Shown: positions 55,451-64,000 of the stretch, piece after piece
Layout of the letters: each line of letters opens with the position of its first letter
Position numbering within the stretch: the stretch's first letter is position 1
NCBI GenBank assembly: GCA_016874975.1
Contig: VGSQ01000001.1
Coordinates: forward strand, 3,474 to 67,473
Length of the DNA: 64,000 bases
Origin: Deltaproteobacteria bacterium
Lineage (GTDB): Bacteria; Desulfobacterota; Desulfobaccia; Desulfobaccales; 0-14-0-80-60-11
Direction of reading: 5' to 3'
Notes under the pieces: model-generated
Told to the model about the DNA's origin: nothing
Database searches by the model: none
Seen by the model: the letters and a program-made list of their open reading frames with translations, nothing else
Made by a program: the position numbers and the translations under genes

Positions 55451-55909
55451 TCACTCGCTCTTCATGGTGGTGCTTGACGAAAATGTCATGTTCTTCAAGG
55501 TGGGGATGAAATTCCCCAGAAGGTCCCAGGGATTGGTGCAATCGACCTTCACCGTGAGATCGTCCCCCGGATTGGCCCGGGTGTAGCCCAGCCCCGAGGG
55601 CGTGGGCACCGTCCAGGAGCCGCCGGGCAACAGACCGGTGATATAATTGTTCACCACGTCCTGGATGCGGTTGGGGGCAGTCAGATTGGACGGCGGAATC
55701 CGGTTGCCGCTGGTGTCGTAGCGGTAGATGACGCCGTAGCGGGCCCCTTCCCGGGTGGCGTTGGTGATGACGTATTTGGCGTACCAGGCCAGGCCGAACT
55801 GCAAAATCCCCAAAATAATGAGCATCAGGACGGTGAGGAGGATGGCGAATTCCACCATCGCCACCCCCTCGGACCGCTTAAGGAACCGGCAGCATGATCG
55901 CCTTGCCAT
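55451..55909 (-). CDS. tadE: TadE-like pseudopilin
   Basis: 152 aa; 'GVAMVEFAILLTVLMLIILGILQFG'. Confidence 0.85.
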   Translation of the reverse strand: MARRSCCRFLKRSEGVAMVEFAILLTVLMLIILGILQFGLAWYAKYVITNATREGARYGVIYRYDTSGNRIPPSNLTAPNRIQDVVNNYITGLLPGGSWTVPTPSGLGYTRANPGDDLTVKVDCTNPWDLLGNFIPTLKNMTFSSSTTMKSE

Positions 55910-55912
55910 GGG

Positions 55913-56467
55913 TTACATCTCCTTCAGAAAGACGCTGACCACCCCCAGCATGAGAACCACCCCGTAAGGGATGGCCATCATGGTGATGCGGGCCTGATTG
56001 GGACTCACCGCGGCCTCCAGGGGACGGCGGCACACCCGGTTGAAGAGAGCGGCGCCGCAGCAGCGCATCCGCCAGACCAGCTCTCCCCGGGACCAGATCG
56101 CATAAAGGGCCAACAGGCCGGCCATGCACCCCATATAGGAGAAGAGCAGAAAGACGCGCCCCGGACCCAGCCAGGCGCCCAGAGAGGCCAAAGCCTTCAG
56201 ATAGCCCTCGTCGATGCCGCCCAACCGGTAAGGAATGAGCAGCATCCCCACGGCCACCGTCAACCCCAGGATGCCGTCCACCAGGCCGGGCCAGCCCAGA
56301 AACCAGCACTGGTGGGCCAGGCCGGCCAGGGTGGCGCCCAGGATCAGGATAAGGGGAACGGCCCGACGCCGTTCATCACCCCAGGCGATCCACAGCACCA
56401 ACAACAGAGGCCACAGCAGGTGTCCCTGCACACTGACCCAGGAAAAAGCAGCTTGTACGCCGGACAT
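55913..56467 (-). CDS. cpaA: CpaA/TadV-like prepilin peptidase homolog lacking the second catalytic Asp motif
   Basis: 184 aa polytopic; 'WGDERRRAVPLIL' keeps the first Asp. 'GGIDEGYLKALASLG' replaces 'GGMGAGDVKALAGLG' of the locus 1 paralog. Confidence 0.75.
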   Translation of the reverse strand: MSGVQAAFSWVSVQGHLLWPLLLVLWIAWGDERRRAVPLILILGATLAGLAHQCWFLGWPGLVDGILGLTVAVGMLLIPYRLGGIDEGYLKALASLGAWLGPGRVFLLFSYMGCMAGLLALYAIWSRGELVWRMRCCGAALFNRVCRRPLEAAVSPNQARITMMAIPYGVVLMLGVVSVFLKEM

Positions 56468-56559
56468 GAGACCTTCCTTTCGCGCCTGAGAGGGGCGCCT
56501 CTCCGGAAACGCCGCCTCCGCTGCATGTCGCCGAGAATGAACGCAGCACGGAGCGTCCG

Positions 56560-56667
56560 TTACACCAGACGCCCGAGAGCCGCCACCGCCATCACACTGA
56601 ACACCAGAGACAACACGCCGGTGGTGACGGCCCAGATCATGCCTTTCACTTCTTCACAGGCATTCAT
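56560..56667 (-). CDS. hypothetical 35-aa hydrophobic peptide
   Basis: Own translation MNACEEVKGMIWAVTTGVLSLVFSVMAVAALGRLV* with RBS ggaggga 6 nt upstream. Below the track cutoff; no counterpart in locus 1. Confidence 0.35.
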   Translation of the reverse strand: MNACEEVKGMIWAVTTGVLSLVFSVMAVAALGRLV

Positions 56668-56720
56668 GTCGCTCCCTCCAGAAACATGAGTCGCATGGAA
56701 AAGTAACAAGCTATTTTCCG

Positions 56721-56885
56721 TCATTTGGCAAGGTTGCCTGCCACTTCATTATACTTTGACATCAGACTCGACCCTAAGGCGCCAACCGCCAAAATGCAAG
56801 CAAGGGCGATGAAGGTTACCAGTAAGCCGTATTCCACCATGCTGGCTCCTTCACAGTCTTCCCAAAATTCTTGCATCCGCTTCAT
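56721..56885 (-). CDS. flp: Flp family pilin
   Basis: ATG 56885 after ggaggg. 'MKRMQEFWEDCEG/ASMVEYGLLVTFIALACILAV'. 54 aa. Confidence 0.88.
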   Translation of the reverse strand: MKRMQEFWEDCEGASMVEYGLLVTFIALACILAVGALGSSLMSKYNEVAGNLAK

Positions 56886-56925
56886 GCCTTGGCCCTCCAC
56901 CACTCTATTTCGTCATTTGGAAATG

Positions 56926-56956
56926 CCGGGTCCGGCGGGGGGGCCGCTGGACCCGG
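56926..56956 (-). other. stem-loop between the two flp genes of locus 2
   Basis: CCGGGTCC-N15-GGACCCGG, an 8-bp GC stem with no clear U-tract. Confidence 0.35.
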
Positions 56957-56982
56957 ATATCTTTGGTTAAGATTTCTTGTTA

Positions 56983-57147
56983 TTATTTAGCCTTACCCAG
57001 CTCGGCAGAGGTGTTTGTGAACGTGGTACTCAAGTTGGTGCCGACCGCGGTAACGGCAACGATACAGACCACAGCGATGAGGGCCACCAGCAGACCGTAT
57101 TCCACCATGCTGGCGCCGGATTCATCCTTCAAAAACCTTTTCAGCAT
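56983..57147 (-). CDS. flp: Flp family pilin
   Basis: Own translation (below track cutoff): MLKRFLKDESG/ASMVEYGLLVALIAVVCIVAVTAVGTNLSTTFTNTSAELGKAK*, with RBS aaggaggg. Confidence 0.88.
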   Translation of the reverse strand: MLKRFLKDESGASMVEYGLLVALIAVVCIVAVTAVGTNLSTTFTNTSAELGKAK

Positions 57148-57295
57148 TTTAATTCCCTCCTTTGATGTTTTGGCTCACCTGCACGGTGGCCGATGGTCCG
57201 AAACTTCCTGTTCCTGGCCGATTTGTTGGTCCCCTGCTTCCCCTGGCGGTCCTCCCTGTAAAAAAATTTTAGTAAGCTTTTGTCGCTCAGGAGTA

Positions 57296-57311
57296 ATCAA
57301 GAAATATGCCA
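57296..57311 (-). promoter_or_regulatory. sigma-54-like -24/-12 element with variant -12 (TTGA) upstream of flp, locus 2
   Basis: Minus strand reads TGGCATATTTCTTGAT, about 150 nt upstream of the flp ATG. GG is at the correct offset but the -12 is GA rather than GC. Confidence 0.35.
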
Positions 57312-57707
57312 ACTCCGGCAAGTTCCTCCAAAAATTGCCAATCAGGTCATAATCATATTAAAAATCAATAAGTTATGCAGATAGACGGCTGGCCCCCGGA
57401 GGCGCTTTCGAGACTCGCAAGCCGGAGCCCCGAATTTACTCACGATTTCCGCCGTCAGAGGGAAAAAAGAGCGGGAAATTTCCCCGGAGACGACCGCGGC
57501 GGCTGAGGCAGGCGGTCCTCGCAAGGGGGTTTTTTTTGAGCTGAGCCGCGCTAACTCAGGATTTCAGGTAGGAAATTATCAGGGAATTAAACGATATTGT
57601 TTATAAAGATATGAGTATGAACAATATTATTTACAAATATTTCATACAATTTTGCAGATATCTCGTAAAAAGAGAGTTGTTCTCAAGGAAAAAGAATGCG
57701 CTATCGC

Positions 57708-59144
57708 TTATTGAGAAAAAAGTCTGCCCAAACGGGTGATTTTATGCTTTTTCAAGAGGGCGTAAAGTCGGGGTTGAGACAAGGCGGAGACCCGGCAGGC
57801 ATCCTTGATGTTGAAGTCCACCAGGGTCATGAGTTCCTGAAGGTATTGGCGCTCGGCCTGGGTGACGGCCTGCTCCCGGAAATCCCGCAGTTTGGGCAGG
57901 ACCGGGGTCAGGGTCGGGGCCGCAGTGGGGTGGCGCTCACCCAGGTACTTTACCGGCTCTTCCCGCAGGACCGCGGTGCGGGCCAATTTGATGCGGATGT
58001 GGCTGGGCAGGTGCGTGGGAAAGAGGGTGGGTTCGTGGCGGGCCGCGGCCAGGGCCCGGTCCAGGGTGTTGATGAGCTCCCGGACGTTGCCGGGCCAGTC
58101 GTAAACCAGCAGACAGTCGAAGAATTCGGGCGCGAAGCTCTTGGGGGTGATGCCGTAAGAGTCGCACAGGCGGCCCAGGTGGTGCAGGGCCAGGTCTTTG
58201 ATATCCTCGGGACGGGAGCGCAACGGCGGCAGGTTGATGGTGATGGCGCGCAGCCGGAACAGCAGGTCGGTGCGGAAGGAGCCCTGCCCCACGGCCTGCT
58301 CCAGGTCCCGGTTGGTGGCGGCCACCAGCCGGAAGTTGCTCTCCACTTCATGGCGGTTGCCCAGGGGCCGGAAGCGCCGTTCCTGGAGCACCCGGAGAAA
58401 GGCCTTCTGCATGATGAGGGGCAGCTCCCCCACTTCGTCCAGGAACAGGGCGCCGCCGTCGGCCTGTTTGATGAGGCCCACCTGGGGCCGGTCGGCGCCG
58501 GTGAAGGCCCCCCGTTCGTAACCGAACAGGGCGCTTTCCACCAGGGACTCGGGCAGCGCGGCGCAGTCCACCACCACGAAGGGTTTGGCGGCCCGGGCGC
58601 TGTTGGCGTGGATGGCCCGGGCAAACAGTTCCTTGCCGGTGCCCGTTTCGCCGACGATGAGCACGTTGGCGTCGCTTTCCGCGGCCTGGGCCACCAGGTC
58701 GTAGCACACCCGCATCTGGGCGCTCTGGCCCACGATGCCTTCCAACTTGAGCGCCTGTTGGGGTTTGCGGTCTTTCTTTTCTTCCCGGTACTGCATGGCC
58801 CGGCTCAGGGCCAGGGCCATCTGCTTGATGGAGGATTGCTTTTCGATATAGTCCCAGGCGCCGTTGACGATGGCCAACTCCGCGCCGTCGGGGTCGCCGG
58901 CGCCGGTGATGATGATGACCTCCGGCTGGCCGGCGGCCTCCCGGATCCGGGGCAGGGCTTCCAGACCGCTGCCGTCGGGCATGCGCACGTCCAGGAAGAC
59001 CACGTCACAGGGGCTGGCGGCGGCGGCCTCCAATCCCTGGGCCAGGGTCAGGGCGAAGCGCACCTCGTGGCCCAGATCCTTGACCATATCGGACAACATT
59101 TCACAGAACATTTCGTCGTCGTCAATGATCAACACGGTGCCCAT
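57708..59144 (-). CDS. sigma-54-dependent response regulator (NtrC family)
   Basis: 478 aa; receiver 'LIIDDDEMF...DVVFLDVRMPDGSG', AAA+ 'VLIVGETGTGKELFARAIH', 'GAFTGA' loop, C-terminal Fis-type HTH 'ACRVSALSQPRLYALLKKHKI'. Confidence 0.96.
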   Translation of the reverse strand: MGTVLIIDDDEMFCEMLSDMVKDLGHEVRFALTLAQGLEAAAASPCDVVFLDVRMPDGSGLEALPRIREAAGQPEVIIITGAGDPDGAELAIVNGAWDYIEKQSSIKQMALALSRAMQYREEKKDRKPQQALKLEGIVGQSAQMRVCYDLVAQAAESDANVLIVGETGTGKELFARAIHANSARAAKPFVVVDCAALPESLVESALFGYERGAFTGADRPQVGLIKQADGGALFLDEVGELPLIMQKAFLRVLQERRFRPLGNRHEVESNFRLVAATNRDLEQAVGQGSFRTDLLFRLRAITINLPPLRSRPEDIKDLALHHLGRLCDSYGITPKSFAPEFFDCLLVYDWPGNVRELINTLDRALAAARHEPTLFPTHLPSHIRIKLARTAVLREEPVKYLGERHPTAAPTLTPVLPKLRDFREQAVTQAERQYLQELMTLVDFNIKDACRVSALSQPRLYALLKKHKITRLGRLFSQ

Positions 59145-59230
59145 GAGCTTGTCTCTTCCTTGATCTTGATGGTGAACCGGGGTTCTCCCGGCCGGATGTC
59201 ACTCCCTGTGAGACCGGTCGCCACCGCCCT

Positions 59231-62965
<3,735 letters not shown>

Positions 62966-63029
62966 CGGGTGGTGTTTCCCTCAGCTTAGGGCATTCGTTA
63001 TCCCCATTCACTTTACCATAACTTCAATT

Positions 63030-63045
63030 AGCAAGACAAATGCCA
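63030..63045 (-). promoter_or_regulatory. sigma-54 -24/-12 promoter upstream of the kinase/regulator operon
   Basis: Minus strand reads TGGCATTTGTCTTGCT (consensus TGGCACG-N4-TTGCW), about 65 nt upstream of the kinase ATG at 62965, in an AT-rich divergent region. Confidence 0.6.
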
Positions 63046-63275
63046 AAAAACAAGAAAAAAATTTTTTCTCGGAAAAGTAAGTTTTTTCTTGCTCAATTTT
63101 CTTTCCCGAATAAGAAAAAATCTTGCGGAAGGATGTCTGCCGGGTCATGCCAGGCCGAAGCCTGTCCGCCGGCATCAGGGAAACTCTTACATAGTAAGGA
63201 TCTCCGCAAACCTCTTTGCTCCCTGCCCCGGGGAATCCCCTTGACTCAGCCTGGCTGAGACGATAGCCTGAAGGC

Positions 63276-64000
63276 ATGCCGGACTACCTGGTGGCCATCC
63301 CCACGTATTGGACCCACCCGGCAGGCCGGGGCGAGGAGGCGGTAATCTATGGGCACCCCACTCCTCTGGACGGCCGGGGCACCTTGAGGCGCACCCTCCT
63401 GAGCCTGGCCCCGTTGATGGCTCCGGGAACCAGCGTGGCGGTGGTGGTTGCCGCGGCCCATCCGTCTCTGGCAGAGGCCGTGGAGGCGCGGGTGCGGCAG
63501 GTTTTGGCCGACCCCCCCCTCCCCTACCCCGTCCTTCTGTGCGGCCATTCGCACCTCCGCTCCCTGGCGGCCTTCCTGGAGGCGCACGGCCGCGGCGGGC
63601 ACGTCCCCCTGCTCTCGCTGGAGGGCTACGGGGCGGTGCGGAACGTCACCCTGATAACGGCCACCCTCTGCCAGGCGGCAGCCCTGGTCTCCCTGGACGA
63701 TGACGAAGTGGTCGATGACCCAGATTTTTTCGTCAAAATCGCCGCAGACCTGGAGGCTTTGGTCGCCTCACACCCCGTCTTCGGCTTGGCCGGCATCTAC
63801 CAGGACGGGGCCGGGGAGGTCCTCCTGCCCGAACCCCAGGCCCCCTGTGCGCGGTTTTGGCCCAAATTCCGCTGGATGAACGAGGCCTTGCGGCGCCTGA
63901 TCCTCACGGGCCCCAACCTCCAGCCCACCCCGCTGGCCTTTGGGGGGAACATGATTCTGCCTGCGGCGCTGTTCCGACAGATTCCCTTCGACCCGGCCCT
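63276..64000 (+). CDS. hypothetical protein, possibly GT-A-fold glycosyltransferase-like, partial (3' end beyond window)
   Basis: Own translation from ATG 63276: MPDYLVAIPTYWTHPAGRGEEAVIYGHPTPLDGRGTLRRTLLSLAP...LVSLDDDEVVDDPDFF...LAFGGNMILPAALF. Open to the window end; not in the track because it is truncated. Confidence 0.5.
   Translation, partial: MPDYLVAIPTYWTHPAGRGEEAVIYGHPTPLDGRGTLRRTLLSLAPLMAPGTSVAVVVAAAHPSLAEAVEARVRQVLADPPLPYPVLLCGHSHLRSLAAFLEAHGRGGHVPLLSLEGYGAVRNVTLITATLCQAAALVSLDDDEVVDDPDFFVKIAADLEALVASHPVFGLAGIYQDGAGEVLLPEPQAPCARFWPKFRWMNEALRRLILTGPNLQPTPLAFGGNMILPAALFRQIPFDPA

Noticed and set aside
57505-57545. gcaagggggttttttttgag, resembling a plus-strand intrinsic terminator
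   Set aside because: No convincing stem precedes the T-run, and no plus-strand gene ends nearby. On the relevant minus strand it is an A-run.

Overview
High-GC (about 65% by eye), gene-dense bacterial chromosomal window. I saw no rRNA, tRNA or CRISPR array. All functional calls come from reading motifs in the supplied translations or my own; no searches were run.

Layout:
- 1-4.2 kb (minus strand): tail of a trp operon, trpF-[MNT + decayed HEPN]-trpB-trpA-DUF2156.
- 4.2-4.95 kb: a spacer full of repeats, including a MITE-like insertion with TIRs, a target duplication and an empty site elsewhere in the window.
- 5-11.4 kb: unrelated genes (PEBP, thioredoxin-like, B12-radical SAM, GT87, ferredoxin + GltB-like FMN protein).
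- 12.26-22.15 kb (plus): Tad/Flp pilus locus 1, flp-flp-cpaA-tadE-cpaB-cpaE-cpaF-tadB-tadC-tadG-tadG. It has no secretin.
- 22.1-39.3 kb: envelope-glycan genes (GT2, GT9, CysC + CysD-like + AP-family, orphan MFP+TolC, Wzx flippase, GT39, GH-like).
- 39.5-43.0 kb (minus): an AEP/PrimPol-like pseudo-enzyme, a PilZ-like membrane protein and a MinD/ParA ATPase, directly downstream of locus 2.
- 57.15-42.96 kb (minus): Tad/Flp locus 2, convergent with locus 1: flp-flp-small ORF-cpaA'-tadE-cpaB-cpaC-lipoprotein-cpaE-cpaF-tadB-tadC-TPR/LytR_C-tadD(frameshifted)-tadG.
- 57.7-63.0 kb (minus): a sigma-54 NtrC-type response regulator and a 1244-aa GAF/PAS hybrid kinase, directly upstream of locus 2.

Main ideas:
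1. The two Tad loci look reciprocally incomplete. Locus 1 lacks the secretin, lipoprotein and TadD. The locus 2 prepilin peptidase has lost its second catalytic Asp, and its tadD is frameshifted.
2. Locus 1 pilins are unusually aromatic-rich and carry Ser/Thr/Pro tails, next to a polyprenyl-phosphate-sugar type glycosylation island.
3. -24/-12 sigma-54 elements are readable in front of the kinase, flp of both loci and the third tadG, each with a recurring ATCRGGGAAW motif upstream. This suggests a sigma-54 circuit tying the region together.

Several families of short intergenic repeats are also visible.
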